Below, in pieces: positions 22,280 through 36,400 of a DNA stretch of 64,000 bases. This DNA is from Vicugna vicugna. Lineage: Eukaryota. Every line of letters begins with the position of its first letter. Positions within the stretch are counted from its first letter, which is position 1. A program made the position numbers and the translations under genes. The notes under the pieces were generated by a model. The model was not told the origin of the DNA. It searched no databases and was given only the letters and a program-made list of their open reading frames with translations. Where the stretch lies: assembly GCA_013265495.1 (NCBI GenBank), contig MU060042.1, forward strand, positions 6,072,258 to 6,136,257, written 5' to 3'.

Positions 22280-22700
22280 TTTAATTTTTGGAACAGCTTA
22301 AGTTTAGAGCGAAATTGAGGGGAAGGTACAGAGACTCCCGCACAGCCCTGCCCCCTCCACGCACAGCCCCTGTTACCTGCCTCCCCCAGATGGCACCTTT
22401 GTTACGACTGATGGACTTATGGTGACACAGGATCATCACCCCAAACCCACAGCTCAGAGTGAAACTCACTCTTGGAGTCGAACGTTCTTTGCGTTTGGAC
22501 ACATCCAGCGTCACCGTGTCACGCAGAGGATTTTTACTGCCTGAAATCCTCTCTGCGCCGTTCATCTTCCCCGGCCCCACCGACTGTCCGCTGTGTCCAC
22601 GGTTTTATCTTTTCCAGAACATCATGTAGTTGGAATCGCACATCATGCAGCCCTTTCAGAGGGGCTTCGTCAGTATCCAATATGCAGAAGGGGGCTGCTG
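22280..22700 (-). mobile_element. L1MC/L1MB-type 3' end
   Basis: tttttggaacagcttaagtttagagcgaaattgaggggaaggtacagagactccc...tggcacctttgttacgactgatgg...atcatcacccaaacccacag is a typical antisense L1MC 3' UTR. Confidence 0.75.
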
Positions 22701-22849
22701 GGGACTCCAGAGGTGTCTTCAAAGGGTGCTTTGCAAGAAAAGCAGAAGAGAGAGGAGAGCCTTTTGGCTAAGACAGAGGCGTGTCATCCAGTCCTAACGC
22801 GGGCTCGTCTGGGTCCTAATTCACACAAACTGAAGGTAGGCAGACGTGA

Positions 22850-23000
22850 AAGCACACGGCATGACACGGTCAGAATTTTAAACATTGAACAGACGTATGA
22901 TAGTAACGAATATTCTCTTCTTTTAGGTGAGGTGTAGCTTTTCTAAAAGCTCCTTTTTTAGGAACAGTACTGAAATGTTTATGGATGAAATGACGTGGTG
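22850..23000 (+). mobile_element. L1ME-type 3' end fragment
   Basis: tactgaaatgtttatggatgaaatgacgtggtgtctggggtttgc matches the L1ME terminal motif. Confidence 0.65.
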
Positions 23001-26000
23001 TCTGGGGTTTGCATCAGAACATCCCCAGGCACAGCGGGGAGGGCGGGGGCCCGGAGGGACCACAGTCGGCTGGTCTTCCCTGGAAAGCCGCAGTTCTGCC
23101 CAATTTGTGTGCATTTGGAATCTTCCGTAGGAAGAAGCAGGAGCACGTGAGTAAAGGGGCTCAGTCTGAGCTGAAAGGAGCACAGGATGAGGCCGGTGCT
23201 CTGAAGTAACAGGATGCTTCTGTCAGTCCCCGCACCCCAGGCTTTGGGCACCACGTCCAGCTGTCTTTCTGAAAGGTATTGGGGGTCTTTTGTAGCAGAT
23301 ATGGGAATAGCACCAGTTTCAGGTGGTCATTTGGAAAAAAAGCTCTACGCACACTTGTCTGAGAGCCACTTCCCCGGCGCTGGGACCAGAGTGCTGAGAC
23401 GCGGCTGCCCCTCTCTGTGGGACCCACCCCAGTGCGGCCCCACCTAGGGAGACCTGTGCTGGGCATTCTAGCCGCGACGCAGCAGTCCTGAGACGTTGCT
23501 CCCGTTTCCAGTGCAGCAGTGAGACTGGAGGAGAGCTAGGCTCCGGCAGAGGGACGTGGGCAGCAGCAGGGCTGTCATGGTCCTAAACCTCCCACTGGCG
23601 GGGGTGTCCACGTACCTTACGTTCACTCCATGCAGCGAGTGACCAGGCCGGCCACTGACCAGGGGGAAGGTCCCCTCCCCCACAGGGAGGCGCCTCGGTC
23701 ACAGGAAAACGGGCAGGAACCCTCCACCGGGACGGCAGAAACATCGGGAGTAACCACGCAGCGTGATGATGCTTTGTCTGGATTTTTGCTGGTTGCATTT
23801 GAAGTGCAGACAGGAAGCTGAGTGCCTAAGGTGGAACCTGCCAGCAGACCTATGGAAACAAGAATGTATGTTTCTCGAGACTCCTCAGTGCCACGCACCT
23901 TCCCCAATACTCAGACAGACCGTCTCCACTCTGGTTGCACTGAGGTTCTGTGAGGTGAGTGGGCTGGCTGCAGCCCAGCGGGACAGAGCAGGGCCCCAGG
24001 TCCCCCACGGGGATGAGTCGGGCTGGCGCACAGGAAGGAGCCAGAGCAGGAGAGCCAGCCCACACGGAGGACCCTGGGCGGGCCGGACCGTGGGAGCGGT
24101 GAGGAGACAGACCCTCAGGAGGTGTGGGGAAGCCAGGGCAGCGCCATCCTTCCAGCCCAGGTGCTCTGCCCACTGCCCGGCTTGTCCGCAGCCCTTTGGT
24201 CCTGAGGTTTCTCTCCGGCACCAGCTCGTCTCCTCTGAGCCTAGCCATCCTGGGCACCAGCCGCCAGCTGGCCCTGGCTCCCCCCATAGGACCACGGGAC
24301 ACCTCCCGCAGACAAGAGCTAAGGACACCAGGGGCCACATGCGTGGAAGGAAGGTCACAAGGGCCAATGCTGGGGAATCCTGGGTTCCCACCACCGAGCG
24401 GCACAGGCCTGGCCTGCTTGGTGACAACGTGCTGTCTTCAGTAGCCCCTGACTGCTGCCAAAATTCTGGTCCCCAAGGTTGCTGTCTTCAAATGCAAGTC
24501 TCTACCCTGTTTGGATGACGTGTGCGGGATGTTTCTGCTGGCATCTGGCAGCACGCCGCCTTCACTCACCACGTTGTGGTCCCCACCTCAGAGCAAACCG
24601 GAGGAGTCAGTGTGGAAACACATAAAGCAAAGCAAAACGTGGCCGTCCTCACGACAAGAGAAACACAAAGCAATCTCTGTGGTGGAGACCCAGCGGCTTC
24701 TTTCTAGTCTGTTCCCACGTGTGATCTGGGCACCTGGCGGGCGTGTGCTCACATTGCCTGCTGCTCCCAGTGAGCCCAGCGGCGTCCCAGGTGCACACCT
24801 GCTCGGCACAACCCTGACTGTGCATCCTGGGAAGCCTCTGTGAACCTGCCTGGGGGTTTGCTCCAAACGCCTGCTTCTCCATCCCCGGCATGGGCCAATG
24901 CAGAGGTCTGCAGACCACAGCGGAGCAGGCCGGGCTGGCCTCGCTGCCACCAGCCTGTGTAGGGCGCCAGTTGTCCCCGGCCTGTCAGCGTTGCCTCCCC
25001 GCGTGGCTCCTGGGCTCTGAGGTCAGCAGTTCTGTGACCCACACAGGACACGATGCAGTGCTTGCTGTAGATCATGTGAACCACCCTCTGGACACACACA
25101 CGTGTGCACACACGTGTACACGCATGCGCCATCGCCTGGAGGTGACTGGTGTCCTGCTCACACAGGATCTTCCGGTGGGCACTAACCTCTGACACCTCTG
25201 AGACAGGCAGTCTGTGTGGGCACGGAAGTCCTCCGAGGATCTGGCCCTCGAGGCCGAGCTGCTCCCAGCAGCGCGAGCTGACGATGTCGCCGTGTGACGT
25301 GGCCTGAGAGGCTTCAGCATGCTCCAGGACATTTGCAGGGCAGCTGCTCCTGGCTCTCCCAGCAAAGTGGCCCAGATTTGAGGTTAGGGGTGTGCTGGAT
25401 TCCTGCGTGTGCCGCGGGGAGGGAGCCTGGCGCACGGTCAGGACTGACCGAGGGTCAGGAGCCACCCAGCTCATGCCGAGGGGGACAAGAGGCCTTGGGG
25501 AGCCCCTGCCCTGGGGATCCCAATGGGCCTGGTCAGCCCTGCCGAGAAGGCGCCCCCCGGAAGTCTGGGCGCCCAGCAGGGGAGACCCTGACCTGCACAC
25601 CTGCGCCTGCCACCCAGAGCCCATCGGGATCTTGGCCTTTTCCCTTCCTCCCTGCAGGTGAGCCCCTCCCAGGCGCCGGGTCGCTGGGGGCGATGCACCC
25701 CACCCAATGCAGCTTGGTGGGGAGATGCTGGGGGGCAGGTCCTGTCCGGATGCATCCCTGGGGGTGAAGCTGCTGCCTGGCCCTTGGCCCCCAGCCCATG
25801 AGCGTCACCTTTGCTGAGAACGAAATGGATTGAGGCCCAAGGGCACCTTCCTCCTTGCTAGGGTGTGGGCGGTGGGTAGTGGGGGCAGACAGCCATGCAG
25901 CTGGCCTGAGCCTCCCGCTGAGTCTGGCCCTGGGGCAGGTCACAGGGGTGGGGGGGTCACGGCGCCACGCAGGTCCCATCAGGCAGGTGGCACAGCTAGG

Positions 26001-29000
26001 GGGAGGGTGCAGGGCAGGAGGGGAGGGCTCAGCCGGTGCCTTGGAACAGTGCTTCTTGCGGGCCCTCCGACCTTCTGAGGACCCGGATTAAAGGGCTGGG
26101 GGCCATGGAGCCGAGAAGTCCTGCCCGCCTGTACTGCTCTCCCAACCCCACGAGTGTTTCCTCCAGGCATTTGCTGTGCACGTGGGTCTCCTGGGAGGAG
26201 GCTGGCCCTCCCCGCACTGAGTTGAGGATTAACTTGTGTCCTTCATTGAAGGGAATTCACTGCTGTTAATAAAGTAACATTGTTGCATTTCAACCTAAAC
26301 ATCTTTCGCTCACCTCCTCTTTTCTACTCCAAACAGTCCCAAACGCACCCCAAACCCCATTTTCCATTACTGTGCATTAGATCTGCCCCATGGCAGTGAC
26401 CCCAGAACACTGGACCACAAGGGCCTTTCACTACCCCAGTCCCAGCAGAGAACAAAAACAGATAAATTATGACTTCACTGCTTTGTTCAATTTTTAGACG
26501 TTTTTCCCCAGGGTCACCACAAGGAAGCTGACTGATTTCTTTAAGTAGCATTTTTCACAGGCACTGGTGACTGTAAAACTGATTTGCAGAAAGGAGTGGT
26601 TTTAAATCGCTGGAACACCAAACTTCGCCACACGTGGCATTTTGTCCCAAGAGCGGTGATTTGTCGTGAATTCTGTTCCCTTTCAGTGACCACAGGACTG
26701 GAACAGAGAATCCACGTGCCACGTAGCTCCTTACAGACTGTCCTCTGTCACAGAGATGCGCCTGCTAGTGCCCCGGTTCGCGCAGGCCCAGAACTCATCT
26801 GCTGGAACAAACGGTAGCTCGAGGGAGGACGCAGCCCCCGGGCAGGCGGTGGCCCTGCCGGTCACACGGAGCTGGCCCCTGTGTGAGGATGTGGCCCTGA
26901 TTCTGCCTGATACGCTGCTTTCGGCTGTCTGGGGAGGAACCGCCCGGCCCGACCACAGAACCCGAAGTCAGGGGAGAAGGCACCTCAGCCCACTTTGGTC
27001 GCTGCCGTCCCGGCACCACATCCCCTGCCCCATCACGCCCCTCCAGTCCTTCTCAAAATCAGATCCCCAATTAGCGTTAAAGGCTCCTCCCAAGCCCTTG
27101 CCGCCTGGAGCCTGCGGAGCCCAGGCCTCCGCCTCCCCGCGCATCCCACCGCCCGCCCTGCCGTGGCCCCATGGGGGAACTGAACCAGAGACAGCCGCGC
27201 AGGCCTGGTCCCAGCCCTCCTCCAACACCTGCTAAGAGTCACATGCAAACTTGGGGCCACGTGGGGAGGACACCCCGCCCCACAGAAGGCAGCCCTGGGA
27301 CCTCCGGGGTGAAAGGGGCCCCTGGCTTCCGGAAGCAGCCCCCGCCCTATGCTCCCTGGATGGAGAAGTGAGGTTGGAGCCTCCAGCTGAGCCCCGAACA
27401 TCTGTGGCATCAGCCGGGCAGCCAGCAGGACCCCGTGACCTGCTGCTGCTCCAAATCCAACTGGAAGCAAACTTTGTCTGCATTGGTGGCTGCTGTCCTA
27501 AAACAGCATCAGAGATTCCCCACCGAGGTTTCCCCGGCCCGCCTCCCCCAGCTCCTGGGAGCTTTCCCACCACCTTCCTGAAGTCCCAGTCCTCCCCACA
27601 GAGCTCTGCGCTGCCTCAGGGCTGCCTGCTCACCAGACCCAGCACACAGCAGGTGCCGACTATCCATTCGCTCACCGGGGATAACGGCAGTGACCACCGG
27701 GGAGCCTGGGGCTTCGGGGGAGGATGGTGGCTGGGCTGATGGGTCCTGGATAGTGCCTTGTAGGGGCCCCTTCTCAAAAGGGCCTGCTGCACTTCCGTGT
27801 GCTCACGCTGGGTCTGCGCCCAGGGTCCAGCTCGAAGAAAGGGTTCCCGCTAAATAAGGTGACCAGAACAGCAACAGCAGTGATAGTAAGGCTGAAACAT
27901 CACTGGCTTAAGAAACCTGCTACGTGCTTCCAGCACCAAGCGAAAGATGTGCGGCATCAGGTTTTCTCTTGCTGAAAAAGTCGCTTGATGAGAAAATGCA
28001 AACCCAGGGAGACCAGCGCTCCGCACAGCAGGTGTTCGTCCTGACAAGCCGCCTTGGCAATGTTTGGAAGCGGTAAACACAGTTCCATTCAGGGTGTCAC
28101 AACACACACTTAATGAATGGACAGAAAACAGACCCAGCCTCGTCGGCACCCACGTCCCTGCAGGTCCACAAGGAGCATCTCGGGAAGAAAACAAGACTCC
28201 CGCCAGGACCCCCACGGGGCCGGTCCCGCTGGGCGAGTCTGGGCTGCGAAGTCTCAGGTTTAAAATCGGGGGTGGGGGGGTGCTCCTTGTTGCCAGGAGC
28301 CCAGCTGAGAAGGAAAAGCCTGCTGACTCACCCGCATCCTCGGAGACATGACGTCCCCCTGACGTCCTTTCTCTGTCCCTGGGTGCCGCCTTTGGGCGAC
28401 TGGCCCCTTGTCCCTCCAGGTCGTCAGTCTGTCCTTATCTGTCGTGACCCAGACCTTCTGATGTGCATGGCCGGACATCTCACCGACTGTGCTTCCTCGC
28501 ACTCTGTCCCCGCCGTGCGCGTCCCAAGAACCGGCAGAGACAGCGGCCTCACCGGGCAGCGTCTCAGAAGGCTGGGGTCAGCCTGCGTCAGCACCAGGGT
28601 CTGGCCATCTGCCACGCTCCCACCTGTTTCAGAGGTGCGCCGGGGAGGCTCCAAGACCTGCAGCCACCCTGGTTGTCATCGAGCTTCTGCGCCCGGGGTC
28701 CCGGCTTCTCCCCCACATTCCTCGTGGTGGAGACTAAAATGGGCAGAAAGCATTTAGTGAGATTAAGAGGGGATTAAAATTGGGGCCTAAGAGATCGAGG
28801 CTTGTGAGGGTCTGAACACAGCCTGTCCCTGGGGGTGGACACGGCCCTGGTGGACGCCCCTCCTGGAGGACCGACACGGCAGCCTTGGAGTCTGGCCCCT
28901 GCACAGCCGGCAGCAGGCCCTGGAAATCAGATCATCAAAGGAGTAACAGGAGGGACCTGAAGCTCCCAGGAGAGGCTCAGGGGTGGCGTCAGGGCTGGAC

Positions 29001-30754
29001 CAGCGCCTGGTGACAAGGGTCTTCGCTCTCCTGTCTTCAAGGCGTGTTCTGGGGAAACAAAAGTACTTAGCGTGATGACAGACAGAAAAGCCAGTGCAGC
29101 CCACAGCCCAGAGGTCGAGTCCCCTCGAAGGCTTCTGCGTCCTGACCTCTCTTGTGGGTTCCCTCCCCCTTGGCCGACCTCGACTCCAGATGGCCCTAAT
29201 GTCTCTTCGCCTTGGCCGCCACCCGCAGGCTCACCTCCTGGTGACAGTCCCCAGGTGTGGGAAGCTCAGCAGAACCACGGGCAGGACGACACTTCGAGGG
29301 ACACGTGTGACACGAGCGTGGAGTCGACGGGCGAGGGCCCGGGCCTGGGAGAGGTCTGGGTCTCTGTGGGGCCCACTCACTCGTGTCCTGAACCACGATT
29401 CTGCTTTGCTTCCCCTGGCGGTCACTCAGCCGCCCGCTGGGACCGGGGGGCTTTCCCGTCCCCTTGATGCAGAGCGTGAGTTTTCTCATGGAAGAGGTTT
29501 GTGGGGAGAGCGGCTCTAATTAACCTCAACCTTTGTGGGGTTCTGGTCAGACAGAAGCGCTGCTCACATCCTGCAGCCTGGGTGGGGCGGCCTATGGTCG
29601 ACGCTCAGCGTGCGTGGGGAAAGGACGCCTGCCTGCAGAGGGACGGCCGGGGGTCCCTGCCCACTGTTTACCAGCATCAGTGTCACCTGAAGTGTGTTAA
29701 AGAGAGAAAATGCAAAGCACGCAGAAGACAGCACGATTAGCTGGTTCGTTATATAAATGTGCCGTAACGCATTTAGCAGCAGATTTCCATTTCAGCAACA
29801 GGAAAAGTATAAACATGAAGCCCACATGTGCATGAACTTGAATTTTGTTTGCATCTCCTGCGCTGTAAACACATATGTGCCCGGGCCCACCCACACGCAG
29901 AGCCCAGTGGGCTCCTGCCCCCGCCTCACGGTACGAGTTCCCCCACAATCTGAAGGGGGCCTCATTGGACCCTCTGGTCATTCCACTGGCACGTTAGGGG
30001 TTGGGGGGACAAGTGGGCCTGAAAATGGGCATGAGGCAGGGTTGGCACTCTTGTCAGAAATTCCTCCAACGCCCGTAGGCCGAGCCCACCACAGGGCTGT
30101 CTGCGTGGGAAGGCCGCTCGCTCAGCCACACGCTCTTTAACACCCGTGTTAGAACGTGTTGTGTGAGCAGGTGAGGCTGAGCCGGGTGACGGGTGGGGCA
30201 GCCTCCCAGCGGGCAGGAGCTCTCAGCCGGCTGAACATGCCCCTGGCCCCGCAGTGCTGCCCTTCTGGGCCTCAGGGCCCCAAGGAGCAGTGCTGACCTG
30301 TGGGGCCAGGACAACCAACCCCCAAGGTGAGGTAGGGACAAGTCCGTCCTCAGAGCAGGAAGGACTGTCAGAGGGCGGGCTGGGCATGGGGGCAGTTCTA
30401 GGGTGTCAAAACCAGGATGGCCCAGCCCAACACGTGATCAGGTGCCAGGTGGGCTGCTCTGTCCTGGGGAGGGGGCGGCCTGCTGACGGGGCTTCCACAG
30501 AGACGCCACGAGCCGGGGCACCCTCCTCAGCGGCCCGGGGCGCCCAGTGCCGGGGGCCTTCCCACGTGGCCCCTGCAGGAAGGTGGGCTCCGCACCGGGA
30601 GGAGGGGCGGCTGGGCTCTTCACTGTCTAAGTGGGATGAACACTGGGAGCCCGCAGTGACGTGAAGCCAGACTCCTCTCCTCACTGGGGACGCTGGTCCC
30701 CAGTCTGTTTCCCGGGAGGGGTGGACACGCGGAAGGAGCTGCCTGCCAAGAATT

Positions 30755-30880
30755 CCACACATTCAGCTTAGTTTGACGAATGTCTGTTGAACCCCTGCTG
30801 TGAGGCAGCCTCCAATCTAGGAGCTACAGAATAAAGATGAGCAGGCTCTGCCTTTAGAGAGATAGCCTTGATGCACGAAG
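30755..30880 (-). mobile_element. L2 3' end fragment
   Basis: tttgacgaatgtctgttgaacccctgctgtgaggcag...ctaggagctacagaataaagatgagcaggctctgcctttagagag resembles the antisense L2 tail. Confidence 0.6.
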
Positions 30881-30954
30881 GGGTAGTTTTATTACAATAC
30901 ATCAATGGCTAATGACTCACACGTGCTCAGGCACTGTTGGGCCCAAAAGAAGGA

Positions 30955-31330
30955 CACTGAGCTATCAACTGAAACACAACTTTAACTAGTTGAGGCAAGT
31001 GGGGATTAGTTAGCTCGTAGCATCGAGGAAGTGCTGAAAGACCAAGCTAAGAGATTGAAGGTGAGGGTCAGCTTCAGGAACAGCTGAATCCAGGTACTCA
31101 AGTGCTACTGGTGTTCTGTCTGCCTTTCTGCTTCCCTCCCCACTATCCCAGCTTCCTCCAGCCACGGAAAAAGACCCCAAGCCCACATGTCTCACCTCCA
31201 GCTGCTTCCTGGGCTGGGGCTTCCACACGAAGCACACGCACCCCTGAACCCATCGAAGTCCTTTTGCCACGTACGATGCAGCGGCCGCTCCCAGTGAAAA
31301 CATACGGTCTGCTGGGAAGAGAAGCGATCC
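30955..31330 (-). mobile_element. ERVL-MaLR (MLT1-family) LTR remnant
   Basis: aactgaaacacaactttaactagttgaggc...gcttcaggaacagctgaatccaggtactcaa; same family signature as the 20.5 kb copy. Confidence 0.55.
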
Positions 31331-33189
31331 CCAAGGGCAGGTGCTCACCCTGCAGGAAAGGGACGTTTAGGGCAAGGAAAACAGCTGATGTCAAGTCCAC
31401 CACGCGTAGGGCCCAGACTCGGAGATCAGAGGCTCCCCGGGGGAGAGGAAACCGCGGTGGGTCTTTACCAAGGACAGCAGTCAGCCTGGCGAGAACACAG
31501 CTGGATCAGCCACGCTGGGCACCAGAGTCCTGACCCGGAGGTGGTCCAGGAGGCCTGCTGCGCTGGGGCCGGGGGCGGGGCCCAAGCTCAGGACACCGCG
31601 ACGCTGCGGCGGGTGGCTGCTCCAGCCGAGGATGAGAAACGAGCTGCAGACACCACTGAGGGGCAGAAGCTTCTGGCTCTGACTTCCAGTCCGTCAGTGA
31701 ATTGGAGCTGCCGGCAATGGTGGGCTCCCGGCCGCGTGCGGCTGGGGAGCCGTCCTGCTGGCCCTGTCCTCTGAGCCACTTAACTCGGGGTGGGGGTCCT
31801 GTACCAGGATCCTCGTCAGTCACTTAAAAAGTCTCAGCCTCTTGAAGTGCTGAAAGTTCAGGCTTTACATGCAGCAGCAGCCGCTGGAGAAGGAGCTTTC
31901 TTGCTCATTCAGACGTTTAACGGCGTCTGTTTGGTGCACAGGACACACAGCCATGGAGCTGACCCATCTCTCAGAGGATGATTCTCTCAGAGCAGCCCCT
32001 GTGGACGTGGCCAAGCCTAACCCCTCGTGGCCCGCCCGCTCCGGGGTGACCCTGGTTCCAGGCTACCAGCTCCTGGCGGCCTGGGGCGGGTCTTCTTCTC
32101 CTTGGCTTCTCACGGGGGATTCGGACAGACACCGCACGGCCGTCTCGGTGGTGGCGGATGCAAGGGAGAGGGGGCCGCAGGTTGGACATTTGGCGGTGGG
32201 CTGAGGAGGGACCTCGTGGTGGGACTAACTGTGAATCTGGTGGTAAATGTTGAATCTGAGGGTCCAGCTGGCAGTTCTCAGAACAGGACTGAGGGGCACT
32301 TGCAGTGGGGCTGGACTCAGTCCCAGGGGTGGGGGGCTCGCTGGAGCACCAGGTGAGGGAGTGCACTAGGGCACCGATGCCCAGAGGGGCCCTGTGAGGG
32401 ACGTGTCACCCCCCAAGAGGCTCAGGCATGGTGGTGGACGGGGCCCAGGGCTGCACAGCCCCACAGAGGCATGTAGATGCCTGTCTTCTCGCGGGGGAGC
32501 CCGGCGGCCCTGAAGGAGGAGGTCCACCACCCTCTGGGGCAGCTGAGGGGCTAGGTGGTGACTTGTGACCTTGGCGTGGCCAGCTGGCATGGGGCTCAGG
32601 CCAGACCTGTCCATGGCCGGGCACTGCCCTGCTCAGTGGCCCAGCTCCACCTCCCGGGGACCCTGCAAACTCCTGACACCTTTCCAGAAAGACCTTTTCG
32701 TCTAACAGGGCCTGGTCGTGCCTGGAAATGTCCAGCTGAAGCTGAGGTGGAGGACCCTGTCTGGGACCAGGTCCCAGAGTCACCACTTCTTGCTGGAAGC
32801 AGGGTTCTCCTCCAGAGCCACTAACGGCGGTGCCGTGGACAGATGCCTGGTGCTAGAACGGGCCACGGTCCACTGGGGCTGGTTTGCAGCCCCTGCCAAC
32901 TGCGTACTGTAAATCTCCCCACGTGGTCCAGTTTCAGATACGACCCAGATGACCCGAGAGACAGCGCAGGCAGACAGGCACCGAGCGGTTCGTCCTGTAA
33001 CGCGTTCAGTTCGCGGTCAGCTCGCAAAGGTTGGTTTTTAATAACTGCACAGCCGCACGGCCCACCTGTGTCTGCCCCGCACGAACATTAAACAGCAAAA
33101 TCCTTCATCAGCGTTGCTCTGTTGCTTGTTTGGTGAGAGATTCTCTGCTCTGCTGGTCCCTTTATAGCCCCTTCAGAGCCTCCCTTCTT

Positions 33190-33430
33190 TTCATAGAATC
33201 AAATAAATGCAGAGCTGGACGGACTTTGGAGGGGGGGCGGCCAAGCCTCTGGAACTTGGCTGCACACGGGTGAATCGCCTGGGGTCTCGTGAACGGAGAT
33301 TCGGTTCCATGGTCTGGGGCGGGGCCGAGCCCGGCACTTCCAGCAGGCCTGTGCAGACCACACTGTGAGCGGCCCAGGCCCTCATTTAAGATCCAGAGAG
33401 TTTCCGTGACTCCCCTGAATCATGCTGCTG
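33190..33430. mobile_element. MIR interrupted by a MER5A-like hAT-Charlie element (about 33240-33375)
   Basis: MIR-like tagaatc...agagctggacggactttggag on the left and ccctcatttaagat...cagagagtttccgtgactcccctgaatc on the right. The middle aacttggctgcacac...gaatcgcctgggg...ggagattc...ggtctggggcggggcc is MER5A-like. Confidence 0.6.
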
Positions 33431-36400
33431 GTTCCTTAGACTAACTGCTTGCCTTTCTTCTTACCAATGTATTACAGATTTTCAGCTGTTTCCAGCACAC
33501 TCACCTGCACACACAGATTAAGCAAATCTCAAGACTGACGGGCAACCCCTCTGGAAACAGAGCCCCCGGGATCCTTAGCTGTGCACTCACACGGTGTGCG
33601 ACTGCAGCTCCAGGCTGCGTGGCGGCCATGACCGGCTGGCCTTTCTCACACTCACCACCAGGCAAGAGCCTGGCCTGCGTTTATCAAATAGCAAATGTCC
33701 TGGTTCCAGAGCCGAGCAAACACCACCCGGCTGGACACAGCTCACGGCGGACCTGAACAGCGCAGGCTCCTGCCACGACCACCAGCTCCATCCTGGCCCA
33801 GGGGCCCCACGCCTCGAGTCCCGGGCCCTCCGCTGCGACCTCTCCCCACGGGCAGCCTCTGGCCCAAGCTGACTCGCATCTTCCCGGGCTCTGCTGCTGC
33901 TCCACCCCCTCCCAGGGCAGAGAGGCCTCCAGCCAGATGTGCGCCGTTCGCTGGGGAGGCCAAGGCCCCTCACGGTCCCCACCTCCTTTAGGGAGCTGGC
34001 CATGAGCCTTCCCTGCCTCAGAAGCCTCAGCCAAGGAGAACTGGACCGGCTATCCTCCGAGGAGAACTCCGTGGGCCTCTGGGTGCAGAGTGCCTGCCCC
34101 CACCCAGCTCTGCATCTCATCAGGGGTGCAGACCCTGGGCACATCTGCCACTGTAACGAAGATGATGACACCGGAAGGTCCCAGTTACACACAGGCTGTA
34201 CCTGGACGGAGCGCGGGGCAGGCCCGTTCCCCGGTGTGTGCTTCATGACCACACCTGCCTCCCAGGAGACCTGGTGTTGCTCTAGAACCGGTGGGCTGTG
34301 CGTCTCCTTCTAAATCGAAATTTCCTGTTTTATAACTTGGCCCGAGTCCAGTTTGACAAAAAGGAAAATTTTAAAGCTAGCAGCATTTGGCATTTTTCCT
34401 CCTGACAGCAACTGTTTCTCTAATTGCTTGGCTGTCTTGGAGTCTCTGGGAGCGTGGTTTGAGGGCGTCTGGAGAGCCCTCGTTTGCTGAGCCGCACCTG
34501 TCTGGAAAGCTGTGGACCATCGTTTTATTTTTGGTTCTGGTAACCTCTGTTACGTAGGTGCTGAGGGACGGGAAGTTTTCCGGTCACTCCACAGCAAACA
34601 TAGGAAAATAAGTGAACAGGGCAACCATTCAAATTCCAGCCTCTGCCTTCCAAGTCCCTGCAGTGCTGAGAGAGTTCCCTGGGTGGTGTTTCCAGAACTG
34701 CGTGCTAACCTAAGGACGGGGTCAACCATGGGGTGGTCCCCGATGCTGCAGACCCCCTGGAGGTGGGAAGTCCGTCTTTCAGCTGCTGAATCACTCCCAG
34801 CAAGGGGCACGGTGCCCACACTGGGCGGGTCCCTGAAAACCACCTTCGAGAGAATAAATGAGTGCACACTGAAGTGTTCGGGGTCAGCCTTAGCAAAGCA
34901 ACGCTTCCTGAAAGGCCCCCTTTCCAAAACACTGTCGTGTGTTGGACAACGCGGCTTTCAGGCACGCTGGGGCGGCACCGGCTGCGGGGGTGGGAGCAGG
35001 CCATCCTCCCCCTCCCCACTTGGCCTGCGTCGCTGTCTCTCCACCTGTCATGCTGACCTGAATCCCCACCACAGCTGACTGGGCTGGCCAGCCAGGGTGA
35101 ATGGGGACCCTGGGGCTCCGTCTGACACCTGGGAGCTGCAGGCTGAGCCCCAAGCTGGGCTTGGACGCCACACCCGCCTCTCCACAGAGTGGGTCACACG
35201 CCGTTACACACATGCCTTCACATGAAGCGAGGTATCCCCAGGGTGTCACTCACTTGGCTGTTAGCACAGACCCACTCGGTCCGGAGCCGGCCAAGGAGTC
35301 AGGGAGAGCCGGTGGAAGTATTTAGAAGAAAGCCTTTAAAACATTCTCAAATAGCGTGGCCTTTCCCCAGAGCTGCTTCCTGCCTGCGCTTGGTGTCTTG
35401 TCATCAAACAAAGAAATTTTATACCCGACGCAAACTTAGAACCAGCGTCCTTGCTGGTTACCAAGGGAGATTTTTTCTTACGATTCCTCACCTGATAATT
35501 ACACTTCCCACCCCCGATAACAAGTGGGAAAAGCACATCCCTGTGGGTGGGAGGAGGGGCGGGGGGTGTTTAAGGGCAGTAAAAACAGCCTGCGACCAAC
35601 TGGAGGATAGTTTGCCCCCCCAGGCAGCACTGCTCGTCCGCAGGCGTCCCCGTCCACCTGTGATGCCATGTGGGATGGTGATGTCACTCCGATGACATCG
35701 TGGGACGATGTCCCTCAGAGCACCAGCGCTGCGGTCCTCAGAGCTGCAGGAGGGGATGTGACCTCAGCATCTGAGTCACCCAGTGCGTCCTTTCTGCAAG
35801 GGTCCCAGAGCATTCTTGGAAATACCCCCACCCCCACTGCTCCACCCTGCAGACACGGCCTCCTGCCGTGCGCACCGCACTCCAGTTGTCCCTGGGCCCA
35901 CTGGGCTCTGTCCTGTCCTGTTGTGAAATGACACCTCTCACTTTTCACCCAAATACAGGGCCCACCCTGGTGTGCACCGCAGGTGTCCCCATGGGGAGGG
36001 CTGGGATGAGAGGGAGAGGGTGGGATAAAATGTGGCAGGGACCAGCGGCTGGGACACCAGCCCAGCAGAGCCCTTTCTGTCTCTGATGGGGTCCCCAGCT
36101 CTGGGTGTCCCAGCTGAGAGCTCGGAAGACACCATGCATGGAAGACCACCCTCAGATTGGACGTGAGTACACAGAAGCTGCCACGCTCTGCCTTGTGCTT
36201 TATCCCAGAGAACACGGCAGCCGGGAAGCACATAGCAGACGCGGGAGGCCCCAAACTCAGGGCCTTCGTGGCCCCGACCTCGGAGCGCCGCCGTGTCACT
36301 CCCGCATCTGTGCGGGGCGGCGGGGCAGAGCACGTGTGCCTGGGAGGCTCCCCAGGCCCAGTGCCCACATGTCCCTGTGCCTCTGCTGGGGGTATCCCTG

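Noticed and set aside
35505-35530. Notch Su(H)-paired site
   Set aside because: The arms are in the opposite relative orientation (TTCCCAC before GTGGGAA), 12 nt apart, and both are imperfect.
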